Part shown: in pieces, positions 41,375-50,641 of the stretch | Position numbering within the stretch: the first letter of the stretch is position 1 | Layout: the number at the start of each line of letters is the position of its first letter | Assembly: GCA_965237415.1 (NCBI GenBank) | Contig: CBDEFM010000001.1 | Span: 96,001-160,000, forward strand | Origin: Alphaproteobacteria bacterium | Lineage (GTDB): Bacteria; Pseudomonadota; Alphaproteobacteria; UBA828 | Direction of reading: 5' to 3' | DNA length: 64,000 bases | Program-made: the position numbers and the translations under genes | Notes under the pieces: generated by a model | Seen by the model: the letters and a program-made list of their open reading frames with translations, nothing else | Told to the model about the DNA's origin: nothing | Database searches by the model: none

Positions 41375-42484
41375 CTAAACCTCCACCCGCACGGCACCCG
41401 CCGCGAGCGGCGCGAGCCGTGCCGGATCGAAGGGCTCGAGGTCCACGGTCTTGGCCGCTCCGTCGGCGATCAATTCTGCGACCGCCTCGCCCGTGGCCGG
41501 GCTGTTCAGCATTCCCCACACAGAATGACCCGTCGCCACATAGGCACCCTCTACGCCGGGGACGGCACCGATGAGCGGCAGCCCGTCTTCGGCGACGGGG
41601 CGATAGCAGGCCTGCTCGGCCAGCACCTCGGCACCGCCCAGAGCCGGCGCGAATTGCGCCGTCATGGCGCGGAGCCGGGCCGCGCCGCCCTCGTCCGGCA
41701 CCACGGCGGCGGGGTCCACCGGTAGCGGCGCCTCGCTGGAGAGGCCGCAGACGTAGGTCGTGCCGTCGGGCCGGGGAAACACTTCCGGCGAGGCGAGAGC
41801 GCCGCCCTCGGTCTCGAGCTCCACGAAGAGCGCGTGGGGCACCGGCGTCGGCGCATAGCGGAAGACCAGGCTGTGGCCCTTCAAGCCATAGACCGCCGGC
41901 AAGGGCAGCCATTGGCTGGCTAGAACCGACCATGGGCCCATGGCGATGACGACCGCATCGCCGGCGATCTCCTGCCCGTCCACCACGATGCCTTGCACGG
42001 CACCGTCGGCGCCTTGCACCAGGCCGGTGACGGTGCCGATCGTCAATCGCGCACCCGCGGCGAGCGCCGCCCGCATCATGGCACCGGTGAAGGCGGCGGG
42101 ATTTACCTGGGCCGTGGTCTCGGCGGTGCCAAGACGGGCATGCACCGCCGCGTCGCCCGCGAGCCAGTCGGGCGCCGCCAACTTGCGGTAGAAGCCCACG
42201 TCGCGGCGCGCGCTGGTCACGACGCCGAGCGTATCGAGCCGGCGGTATCCCCACTCGTCGTCGATCCTCTGAGCGAGCTCGGCGTGCAGGTCGAAGCTGC
42301 GCCGTGCCAACGCCTCGACGGGAGAGCCATCGCACCAGTCGAGCGCGAGGAACCCTCCCGACTTGCCCGAGGCCGCGTTGGCGATACCGGTGCGCTCGAT
42401 CACCACGGCCTCGATGCCGCGCTGGCTGAGGAAGTAGGCGATCGACGCGCCGATCACGCCGCCCCCGCAGATCAACACGCGCAT
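41375..42484 (-). CDS. FAD-dependent oxidoreductase, D-amino acid/glycine oxidase family
   Basis: ICGGGVIG, ASGKSGGFLA, QACYRP, GHSVWG. Confidence 0.88.
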   Translation of the reverse strand: MRVLICGGGVIGASIAYFLSQRGIEAVVIERTGIANAASGKSGGFLALDWCDGSPVEALARRSFDLHAELAQRIDDEWGYRRLDTLGVVTSARRDVGFYRKLAAPDWLAGDAAVHARLGTAETTAQVNPAAFTGAMMRAALAAGARLTIGTVTGLVQGADGAVQGIVVDGQEIAGDAVVIAMGPWSVLASQWLPLPAVYGLKGHSLVFRYAPTPVPHALFVELETEGGALASPEVFPRPDGTTYVCGLSSEAPLPVDPAAVVPDEGGAARLRAMTAQFAPALGGAEVLAEQACYRPVAEDGLPLIGAVPGVEGAYVATGHSVWGMLNSPATGEAVAELIADGAAKTVDLEPFDPARLAPLAAGAVRVEV

Positions 42485-42513
42485 GCGCGCCTCGCGACGG
42501 CCATTCTTGACCG

Positions 42514-42537
42514 CATAGTGATCGACATAGTGATCGA
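42514..42537. repeat. 12-bp tandem duplication (CATAGTGATCGA x2)
   Basis: Read directly in the divergent intergenic region. Confidence 0.7.
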
Positions 42538-42655
42538 CACGGCTTCTCCAATCGGGCCAGCGAAGCTCAGCCTAGCGCCGCCCCCGTCGCAGTTGCAAAG
42601 GCGGGGCCGTCCGCTACAGTCGGCGCCCTTTTGATCCACCGATGGACGGACGCTC

Positions 42656-43039
42656 ATGCTCAGCTGCGGGGAACTGATCGCACTCGTCGAGGACGCCTAC
42701 TTTTCCAATGTCGACAACAAGAACCTGGAGCCTGCGGTCGCTTGTTTCGCGGAGGATGCCGAACTCCGCATCCAATCTGCGCACGTGAGCCATGTCGGTC
42801 ACGATCAGATCAGGCGCATGTTCCGCGACTTCATGGGCACGACCAAGATCATCTATCACGGCGATTTCACCCACGTCGTCGACGTAGAGAACCAATGGAT
42901 CGCCTCGCAGTTCGTCGCCCGCAACGACTATGACGACGGCCGCCATGTGGAGATGCGCAACTGCAACTTCTTCCAGATCGTAGACGGCCGCTTCAAGCGC
43001 GTAACCATCTACATGACCGACGAGAACCCGCTGGTCTGA
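42656..43039 (+). CDS. NTF2/SnoaL-like domain protein
   Basis: YF..VD, CFAEDA, GHDQIR, NFFQIVDGRF..V.IY. Confidence 0.8.
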   Translation: MLSCGELIALVEDAYFSNVDNKNLEPAVACFAEDAELRIQSAHVSHVGHDQIRRMFRDFMGTTKIIYHGDFTHVVDVENQWIASQFVARNDYDDGRHVEMRNCNFFQIVDGRFKRVTIYMTDENPLV

Positions 43040-43118
43040 CCGCGGTAATGCCGGGCGGCGCCTTGCGGCGTCCGGCGCTATTCGCCAGACTCGCGGCCGA
43101 AATCGCAAAGGGAAAGGC

Positions 43119-44129
43119 ATGAGCGCTCGCCCGCAGATCGACCCACCCTATCTGCTCTTCCTCGGCGATGCGCGGGACGACCTCGCCGCCAAGACCGCGC
43201 GCGGGGTGTTCGTCTTTCGGCCGGAGTGGTGCCTCGGCCAGCTCAGGCTGCCGGGGTGCAACGCCCGCCTCGACCTGCCCGAGATGACGTTGGAGGAGGC
43301 GGCGGCAAAGGGCGCAAAAAGCCTCATCGTCGGCGTCGCCAACGCTGGCGGGGTGGTTAGCGAAAGCTGGATCGCCACCCTGGTGGCGGCGCTGGAAACG
43401 GGCCTCGACGTGGCCAGCGGGCTTCATGTGCGCCTCAGCGACCTTCCGGCGGTGCGCGATGCTGCCGAGACGTACGGCAGGCATCTCTTCGACGTGCGCC
43501 ATCCGTCGCATGAATTCAAGGTGGGGACGGGCGTCCGCAGAGCCGGCAAGCGCCTGCTCACGGTGGGCACCGATGCCTCGGTCGGCAAGATGTACACTAC
43601 GCTCGCGCTGGAAGCCGAATGGCGCCGGCGGGGCGCCCCCTGCACCTTCCGCGCGACCGGGCAGACCGGCATCTTCGTCGCCGGCCGCGGGGTCTCGGTC
43701 GATGCGGTCGTAGCCGACTTCATCTCCGGTGCCACCGAGTGGCTCACGCCCGCGAACGACCCGAATCACTGGGACCTCGTCGAGGGGCAGGGCTCGCTCT
43801 TCCACCCCTCCTATGCCGGTGTGACGCTGGGTCTGATCCACGGCGCCCAGCCAGACGCGATCGTGGTCTGCCACGAGCCGACGCGGACCCATATGCGGGG
43901 CCTGCCGGGCTGGCCGCTGCCCGAGCTCGGCGCCTGTATCGAGGCCAACCTGCAGGCTGCGCGGCTCACCAATCCGGAAGTCGTCTGCGCCGGCATCTGC
44001 GTCAACACCGAGGCGCTCGGCGATGCCGAGGCGCAAGAGGTGCTAGCCGAGCTGGGCAAGGCGCACGGCCTCCCCTGCGTCGATCCCATCCGCACCGGCG
44101 CGGGCCCGATCGCCAACCGCGTGCTGTAA
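43119..44129 (+). CDS. dgcN: D-glutamate N-acetyltransferase (DUF1611 family)
   Basis: PYLLFLGDA, AKTA.G, SGLH, VGTDASVGKM, ATGQTG, VEGQGSL.HP. Confidence 0.88.
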   Translation: MSARPQIDPPYLLFLGDARDDLAAKTARGVFVFRPEWCLGQLRLPGCNARLDLPEMTLEEAAAKGAKSLIVGVANAGGVVSESWIATLVAALETGLDVASGLHVRLSDLPAVRDAAETYGRHLFDVRHPSHEFKVGTGVRRAGKRLLTVGTDASVGKMYTTLALEAEWRRRGAPCTFRATGQTGIFVAGRGVSVDAVVADFISGATEWLTPANDPNHWDLVEGQGSLFHPSYAGVTLGLIHGAQPDAIVVCHEPTRTHMRGLPGWPLPELGACIEANLQAARLTNPEVVCAGICVNTEALGDAEAQEVLAELGKAHGLPCVDPIRTGAGPIANRVL

Positions 44130-44141
44130 GGGGCCGGTTCC

Positions 44142-45125
44142 GTGAGGCGGCGTCTCACCGTGCGCCTCGAAACGTGGCCGCTCAAGGGCGCCTTCCGCAT
44201 CTCCCGCGGGTCGAAGACGGAGGCGCACGTCGTCGTCGCCGAGGTCGCCGACGGCCCCCACACGGGCCGTGGCGAGGCCGTCCCCTATCCCCGCTACGAC
44301 GAGACACCGGCGCGAACGCGCGCGGAGATCGAGGACGCGCGCGAGGCTGTGGAGGGCGGGCTTACCCGCGAAGGCCTGCTGGAGGCACTGCCGGCCGGCG
44401 CCGCTCGCAACGCGCTCGACTGCGCGCTCTGGGACCTGGAAGCGAAGCAGGCGGGCCGCCCGGCCTGGTCGCTGGCGGGGCTGAAGTCGCCAGAGCCCTG
44501 CGTCACCGCCGTCACACTCGGCCTCGATACACCCGAGAATATGGGTGAGGCTGCGGCCCGGCACGCGCACCTCCCTCTGCTCAAGCTCAAGGTCACCGGC
44601 GAGGGCGACCTCGCGCGCATCCAGGCGGTCCGCGCCAACGCGCCCGAGGCGAGGCTGATCGTGGATGCGAACGAGGGCTGGTCGCCGCCGATGCTGGATG
44701 AGCTGCTGCCGGCTCTCGCCGCGCTCGGAGTCGAGATGGTGGAACAGCCGCTGCCGGCGGCAGACGATGTGGCGCTCGAAGGCCGCAGCTTCGCGCTCCC
44801 GCTCTGTGCCGACGAGAGCTGCCACACACGCGCCGACCTGCCTGGGCTCGCCGGCCGCTACCCCATGGTCAACATCAAGCTGGACAAGACCGGGGGCCTC
44901 ACGGAGGCGCTCGCGCTCGCGGCCGAAGCGCAGGCCATGGGCTTTCGCATCATGGTGGGCAGCATGGTCGGCACCTCGCTCGCCATGGCGCCGGCTGCCC
45001 TGCTCGCCGGCTTCGCCGACTACGTCGACCTCGACGGCCCGCTGCTGCTGGCCCGCGACCGCTCGCCTGGGCTCAGCTACGACGGCGCGATGATGTCACC
45101 GCCGGAACCCGCGCTCTGGGGGTAG
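44142..45125 (+). CDS. dgcA: N-acetyl-D-glutamate racemase / L-Ala-D/L-Glu epimerase
   Basis: F.ISRG, KLK, DANEGW, EQP, ADES, NIKLDKTGG, DLDGP; follows dgcN. Confidence 0.88.
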   Translation: MRRRLTVRLETWPLKGAFRISRGSKTEAHVVVAEVADGPHTGRGEAVPYPRYDETPARTRAEIEDAREAVEGGLTREGLLEALPAGAARNALDCALWDLEAKQAGRPAWSLAGLKSPEPCVTAVTLGLDTPENMGEAAARHAHLPLLKLKVTGEGDLARIQAVRANAPEARLIVDANEGWSPPMLDELLPALAALGVEMVEQPLPAADDVALEGRSFALPLCADESCHTRADLPGLAGRYPMVNIKLDKTGGLTEALALAAEAQAMGFRIMVGSMVGTSLAMAPAALLAGFADYVDLDGPLLLARDRSPGLSYDGAMMSPPEPALWG

Positions 45126-45211
45126 CCCGCTTTAGATTCTTTACAAATTGAGTCTGGGTAAAGACTGAGATAGTGTTCGCCCGAATTGGACATGCCTGAA
45201 AGGACGTTGTC

Positions 45212-45439
45212 ATGCCGCGCGTGAGCGCCAAGCGCCAGATTACGCTGCCCATCGATCAGTGCAGAGAAGTCGGGATCGGGCCGGGGGACGAGTACCGCAG
45301 CTTCGTTGCCGATGGCCGTATCACCATCGTGCGAAAGACCGCTGGCGCGACCAAGGGATTCCTGCGTCATGTAGCCGGCGACCCCGCCGTTGGCGACGAA
45401 GAGTCCCTGCAGGACGCTCTGGACGAGTCGAAGCCTTGA
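45212..45439 (+). CDS. AbrB/MazE-type antitoxin
   Basis: VSAKRQITLP...GIGPGD. Confidence 0.85.
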   Translation: MPRVSAKRQITLPIDQCREVGIGPGDEYRSFVADGRITIVRKTAGATKGFLRHVAGDPAVGDEESLQDALDESKP

Positions 45440-45870
45440 TCGCCGTCGACACCAGTGTCTTGCTCCGGTATCTGCTGCACGACGATGAGGCCCAGGCAGC
45501 GCGGGCGGAGGCTGTTTTCGGTGCTGCCGAGACCGTTTTGATCACAGACGTTGTGCTTGCGGAAACCGTATGGACGCTCTCCGGCCGCAAGTACCGACTG
45601 GCCAAGGTCGAACTGGTGGCCGTCCTCGAACGGCTGTTCAGCGAGCCGAATGTCCGTTTCGAGGACGATCAGGCGGTTTGGCGCGCCCTGCAAGCGTACC
45701 GCAGCACCGCGCCGGCGGACGAGGCCGGGTCGGAGAAGGGTGCCGGCTTCGCCGATGCGCTGATCGTGTTCAAGGCGCAGCGTGCCGCATCGGACTCTGA
45801 CGAGACGCTGAACGGCGTCTACACCTTCGACGCGGCCATGGGGCGGCTGCCACACACCGTATCGCTCTGA
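45436..45870 (+). CDS. vapC: VapC PIN-domain toxin
   Basis: IAVDTSVLLR, VLAE..W, FADALI, TFD; TTG start overlapping the antitoxin stop. Confidence 0.85.
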   Translation: MIAVDTSVLLRYLLHDDEAQAARAEAVFGAAETVLITDVVLAETVWTLSGRKYRLAKVELVAVLERLFSEPNVRFEDDQAVWRALQAYRSTAPADEAGSEKGAGFADALIVFKAQRAASDSDETLNGVYTFDAAMGRLPHTVSL

Positions 45871-46115
45871 AAGCAATCCGACGTAGGCTGCAGCCAGCCC
45901 GCCGCGCCAATCGGACGGTTCTCGACATCGGCATGGGGAGTCCACCACAAACTTTGCCGCCGGCCTCGCAACTGTGGCGGCGCGTATCGTAGGTGCGGGT
46001 CGCTACCATTTCCATTTGCCTGGGTCGCGGCCTTGTCTCCCTTCGTCCGATCTGAAATTCTGGCGGTGTGATAAGAAGGACCGGCTGGCACCGGACCGGC
46101 GCAGAGAGAGGGGCG

Positions 46116-46769
46116 ATGGGCCGTCTGCTGGAACTCGGGGAGCGGATGGAGCTCGTCTCCATGGACCCGCATTTCCACGACATCAGCATCTCCCTCTACC
46201 GCAGCAGCGGAGAGGGCGGCGCGTCGGGATTTCTCGCCCACAGCTACAGTGCGAAGGAGGGTGCTGAGGAGCGGCTTGGCTTCGTGATGCGGGCGATGGC
46301 GGTCATGGGCGGCATGGGGCCGGCGCCGGGTCAGCCCGATCGCCTGGCTTTCGCCTGCGGGGCCGCGCACAAGGCGGCGGTGAAGCGGCTCTTTCTCGAA
46401 GCCTGCAAGCGGGCGACGGGCGCCGAGGTTGCGGCGCAGCCCATGCGCGTCTACGACAAGAAGAACGATCTCACGATCGACGCGACAGCCGTCGGCGACG
46501 GGCGCTACCGGATCGCGGCCGCAGGCAGCGAGGGCAACGACAAGGCGGCGCAGCGCGTGGACGGCGTGACCAGGGGGTTGATCAAGCTCGCCGAGCTGGA
46601 GCCGGGTGCCGAGCCGGGCGAGGTTCGCTTCCCCTGCGGCCATGCCCATGACGCGCTGGTGGGCCTCCTGATCGGCCGGGCGCTCAACGTCCGTGCCGCC
46701 ATGCGCGAGGCGGAGGCGGCGGCGACGCGGGGCATTCTCGCCGCGCCGAGCGCGCAACAGCAGACCTGA
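46116..46769 (+). CDS. Hypothetical protein with duplicated F-x-C-G-x-x-H motif; first gene of the corrinoid methyltransferase operon
   Basis: ATG 46116 after GAGGGG; LAFACGAAH and VRFPCGHAH; 18 nt to the next gene. Confidence 0.75.
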   Translation: MGRLLELGERMELVSMDPHFHDISISLYRSSGEGGASGFLAHSYSAKEGAEERLGFVMRAMAVMGGMGPAPGQPDRLAFACGAAHKAAVKRLFLEACKRATGAEVAAQPMRVYDKKNDLTIDATAVGDGRYRIAAAGSEGNDKAAQRVDGVTRGLIKLAELEPGAEPGEVRFPCGHAHDALVGLLIGRALNVRAAMREAEAAATRGILAAPSAQQQT

Positions 46770-46787
46770 GGGTCGGGAGCGGAGACG

Positions 46788-47831
46788 ATGACGACAGTAC
46801 CCTCCATGACCAGCCGCGAGCGGGTGATGGCGGCGCTCCGGCGCGAGCCGGTGGACCGGACGCCCATATGCAACCCGACCTCGGTCGCGACCGTGGAGCT
46901 GATGGACCTGGTGGACGCCAACTTCCCGCTGGCGAACCGCGACCCCGAGCTGATGGCACGCCTCGCCGCGACCGGCCATACCGAATTGGGTTTCGACAGC
47001 ATCATGCCGGTCTTCTCGATCATCCAGGAATCGTCGGCGCTCGGCTGCAACATGCAGTGGGAGCAGAAGGACAATTGGCCGACGGTGCGCATGCGCGAGC
47101 CGATCTGGGAGGACGTGGACGACATCCGCATCCCCAACGACTTCCTCATGCACCCGGACATGCACTGCGTGATCGAGGCTATCCGCATCCTGCGGCGCGA
47201 GTTCGGCAACGAAGTGGCGATCATCGGCAAGACCATGGGGCCGTGGACGCTGGGCTATCACTGCTTCGGAGTGGAGCCCTTCCTGCTCATGTCGCTCGAC
47301 GATCCGGGCAAGACCAAGCTCGCGCTCGATCGCATGAAGGAGGCGACCATCCAGTTCGGCATGGCCCAGATCGAGGCCGGTGCCGATGCACTGACGGTCC
47401 CCGATCACGCCACCGGAGACCTGGTGAGCGCGGATTACTACAAGCGCTATCTCAAGGACCTGCACATCGAGTTCGTGGAGCGCCTGCCGGTGCCGCTCAT
47501 CCTCCATATCTGCGGACGCACGGTGGACCGCATGGGCTATATCGCCGAGACCGGGATCGCCGCGTTCCACTTCGATTCCAAGAACGATCCGGCCGAATCG
47601 ATGGCGGTGATGGACGACCGCGTGTCGCTGGTCGGCAACATCAACAATCCCGAGACGCTGTTCGCCAAGGGGCCGGAGGACGTGCGCAGGGAGGTCTATG
47701 CCAATCTCGACGCCGGCGTGCAGGCGGTGGGCCCGGAATGTGCCATCCCGCTCCAGACCTCGGTCGAGAACCTGCGCGAGATTCCGCTGGCGGTGCGCGA
47801 TTGGCACGCCGAGCGCGACCGCCCCCACTAA
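46788..47831 (+). CDS. MtaA/CmuA-family (URO-D fold) Zn-dependent corrinoid methyltransferase
   Basis: MTSRERVMAAL, GPWTL, QIEAGAD, LHICG and distal PECAIP (H-x-C...C zinc ligands), LVGNI. Confidence 0.88.
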   Translation: MTTVPSMTSRERVMAALRREPVDRTPICNPTSVATVELMDLVDANFPLANRDPELMARLAATGHTELGFDSIMPVFSIIQESSALGCNMQWEQKDNWPTVRMREPIWEDVDDIRIPNDFLMHPDMHCVIEAIRILRREFGNEVAIIGKTMGPWTLGYHCFGVEPFLLMSLDDPGKTKLALDRMKEATIQFGMAQIEAGADALTVPDHATGDLVSADYYKRYLKDLHIEFVERLPVPLILHICGRTVDRMGYIAETGIAAFHFDSKNDPAESMAVMDDRVSLVGNINNPETLFAKGPEDVRREVYANLDAGVQAVGPECAIPLQTSVENLREIPLAVRDWHAERDRPH

Positions 47832-47887
47832 GGCCCGCTAACGCCCGCCTCCCGTGACACCTCATCGCTCCCACCACTGAGTCCCCG

Positions 47888-48637
47888 ATGGCCGAGCTTT
47901 CCGACATCGCCAACGCGGTGATCCGCGACGAGATCGAGGAGTTCCTCGAGCGGCCCGACGAGATTGAGCGCAACGTCGCGCTATTCGCGCGGGTGCGGCC
48001 CGAGATGCAGGAGATCACCGCAGCCCTGATCGAGGGCGACAATCACACCGTGGACGCGCTGACCGTCAAGGCACTGGAGGAGGGCACGGAAGCGCTCGAG
48101 ATCATGGACGACGGGCTCATCGCCGGCATGGGCATCGTCGGCATCAAGTTCCGCGAGAACTTCATTTTCGTGCCCGAGGTGCTGGCCTGCGCGCGGGCGA
48201 TGAAGGCGGGCATGGCCCATATCGAGCCGATCCTGTCTGCCGCCGGCGTCGAGCCCATCGGCACCGTCATCATGGGCACGGTCAAGGGCGACCTGCACGA
48301 CATAGGCAAGAACCTCTGCATCATGATGCTGGGCGGCGCCGGCTTCGAGGTGGTGGACCTCGGCGTGGACACCTCCGAGGACGAGTTCATCGCAGCACTC
48401 GAGGAGCACAAGGCGCCGATCATGGGCATGTCGGCGTTGCTCACCACGACGATGCCGAACATGGGCAGGACCATCGAGGCGCTGATCGACGCCGACCTCC
48501 GCGACGACGTGATGGTGATGGTGGGCGGCGCCCCGGTGACCCAGGAGTTCGCCGACGACATGGGCGCCGACGGCTACGGCAAGGACGCGCTCTCCTGCGT
48601 GGCGCTCGCCAAGAAGCTCATGGAAGAGCGCGGATAG
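47888..48637 (+). CDS. Corrinoid (B12-binding) protein, MtaC/MttC-like
   Basis: Cap domain (GLIAGM...IFVPEVL..A.AM) plus KGDLHDIGKN, GMSALLTTT, VMVGGA. Confidence 0.93.
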   Translation: MAELSDIANAVIRDEIEEFLERPDEIERNVALFARVRPEMQEITAALIEGDNHTVDALTVKALEEGTEALEIMDDGLIAGMGIVGIKFRENFIFVPEVLACARAMKAGMAHIEPILSAAGVEPIGTVIMGTVKGDLHDIGKNLCIMMLGGAGFEVVDLGVDTSEDEFIAALEEHKAPIMGMSALLTTTMPNMGRTIEALIDADLRDDVMVMVGGAPVTQEFADDMGADGYGKDALSCVALAKKLMEERG

Positions 48638-48646
48638 GCCGGGCCG

Positions 48647-50641
48647 TTGCCGAAAATCAGCCAGCAGGACTATCAGCAGCGGCTCGACCGGCTCACCGAG
48701 ATTTTTTCGGACATCGTAAGCCACGCCGACGTGCAGGCGACGCAGCGCTGCCCCTACCGCGACGCGCGCGACCGCTGCACGGCCGCCTTCTCCTGCGGCA
48801 ACCAGATCGCCGCCGTGGAGAAGGGCGAGCCCGCGACCTGCGGCCATGACGGCACCTTCGACTACAGCCTCGCGTGGGAAACCGACCCCGCCACCCGCGA
48901 GCGCGCCCGTAAGCGCCTCGGTCTAATCAAGCAGAGCGCCGCGGCGCGCCGCGAAGGCGGAGCGCTGCCGGTCGGGCCGGGCACCGTCTCCCACGACGGC
49001 AAGATTCAGCCGCTCGCCATCGGTATGACGCTCTTCGACTGCGCCGACGAGCTTGCCGTCGAGGTGCCGACATCGTGCCTCCGCAACGGCCGCTGCCACG
49101 AGTGCGTGGTCGAGGTGACCGGTGGCAAGGATGCGCTCTGCGCACGCACCGAGGCGGAGAGCTTTCTGCGGCCTCCCTACCGCCTCGCCTGCCAGGCGGT
49201 GGTCGAGCGGGACGATATCGATGTCACCTTCGCGCCGCTTCGCCGCCGCCCGCGCATTCTGGTCCGCGCCCATGCCGATGCAGCCGGTGCGCCTGAGACC
49301 CTCGACCCTCTCGTTACGCGGCGGGGCGCCGACGTGCTCTACGACGGCCGCGTGGTAGACCGCTACCGGGGGCACATGCTCGGGCTCGCGGTCGATCTCG
49401 GCACCACGACGGTGGTCCTCGACTTCGTCGATCTGGAGACCGGGAAGAGCGTGCACAGCGCCGCCTTCGAGAACCCGCAGGCCTTCGGCGGCAGCGACGT
49501 GATGCACCGCATCTCCTTCGACCGCGACGACAAGGCGGGCGAGCTGCAGAAGGCCGCCGCGACCGCCATCAGCCGCGCCATTATGGACGGCTGCGCGCGG
49601 CTGGGGCTGGGCCGCGAGACAATCTACGAGATCGTGGTCGCGGCCAACCCGACCATGCGCGATATCCTGTTCAAGCTCGACGTGCAAGGGATCGGCCAGA
49701 AGCCTTACAAGTCTTCCATCGAGCACGCCTTCCTCGCGGGCGAGCGCGCCGACACGGCGCTCACGGCGCTGGCCCGGCGCCTGGGTCTCCGCGCCAACCG
49801 CGAGGCGCGGGTGTATGGGCTCCCGCTGATCGCGAGCCACGTGGGCGGCGATGCGGCGGCTGCACTGGTGGCGCTGGAACAGGGGTTCGCGGACGCAGAG
49901 ACGGCGATGCTCGTGGACATGGGCACCAATACCGAGGTCGTGCTCAAGCACCGGGGCCGCCTGCTCGCCGCCTCCTGCCCGGCGGGGCCTGCGTTCGAGG
50001 GGGGACTGGTGCGCTACGGCATGCCGGCCTGCGACGGCGCCATCGAGACGGTGCGCCTCGGCGCGGACGGCGAGGCAATCTACGAGACCATCGGCGGGGC
50101 AGCGCCAGTGGGCCTCTGCGGCTCCGGCCTGATCGACCTGCTGGCGGAGCTTCGGCGGGGTGAATGGCTCACGGCCAAGGGCGTCTTCGCCGCCGACCGC
50201 AAGCAGATGGAAATGACGGTGGTGCCGGCGCACGGGATCACCTTCTCGAAGGAAGACGCCAGCAATCTCGGCCAGGCCAAGGCCGCCAACTATTGCGGCC
50301 AGTACATCGTCATGCGCGCGCTCGGCGTCGATCCCGCCGGGATCGAGAGGCTCTATCTCGCCGGCGGCTTCGCCAACTATGTGAATGTGCGCAACGCCGT
50401 CTCCATCGGCCTGCTGGCGCCGGTGCCGGAAGAACGCATCGTCAAGGCCGGCAACGCGGCGGCGCAGGGCGCCCGGGCGATCCTGCTGTCCGCCACCCGG
50501 CGCCGGGCGCTGGAGCGCGAGGTCCAGGCCATCGAGCATATCGAGCTCGAGACCACGCCCGATTTCTTCGATCTCTTCGTCGATGGCTGCCAGTTCAAGC
50601 CGATGCCATCGCACCTCGGGCCAGCAGGGACCGCCGCATGA
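48647..50641 (+). CDS. ATP-dependent reductive activator of corrinoid proteins (RACE/RamA-like, ASKHA) with 2Fe-2S domain
   Basis: CLRNGRCHEC...RLACQ ferredoxin; VDLGTTT, NPQ..G.DV..RI, DMGTNTE, AGPAFEG, GLCGSG, LAGGF, GNAA..GA. Confidence 0.9.
   Translation: MPKISQQDYQQRLDRLTEIFSDIVSHADVQATQRCPYRDARDRCTAAFSCGNQIAAVEKGEPATCGHDGTFDYSLAWETDPATRERARKRLGLIKQSAAARREGGALPVGPGTVSHDGKIQPLAIGMTLFDCADELAVEVPTSCLRNGRCHECVVEVTGGKDALCARTEAESFLRPPYRLACQAVVERDDIDVTFAPLRRRPRILVRAHADAAGAPETLDPLVTRRGADVLYDGRVVDRYRGHMLGLAVDLGTTTVVLDFVDLETGKSVHSAAFENPQAFGGSDVMHRISFDRDDKAGELQKAAATAISRAIMDGCARLGLGRETIYEIVVAANPTMRDILFKLDVQGIGQKPYKSSIEHAFLAGERADTALTALARRLGLRANREARVYGLPLIASHVGGDAAAALVALEQGFADAETAMLVDMGTNTEVVLKHRGRLLAASCPAGPAFEGGLVRYGMPACDGAIETVRLGADGEAIYETIGGAAPVGLCGSGLIDLLAELRRGEWLTAKGVFAADRKQMEMTVVPAHGITFSKEDASNLGQAKAANYCGQYIVMRALGVDPAGIERLYLAGGFANYVNVRNAVSIGLLAPVPEERIVKAGNAAAQGARAILLSATRRRALEREVQAIEHIELETTPDFFDLFVDGCQFKPMPSHLGPAGTAA

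Noticed and set aside
45871-46115. Riboswitch upstream of the corrinoid operon
   Set aside because: No recognisable cobalamin, SAM or THF aptamer motifs by eye; an Infernal search would be needed to exclude it fully.
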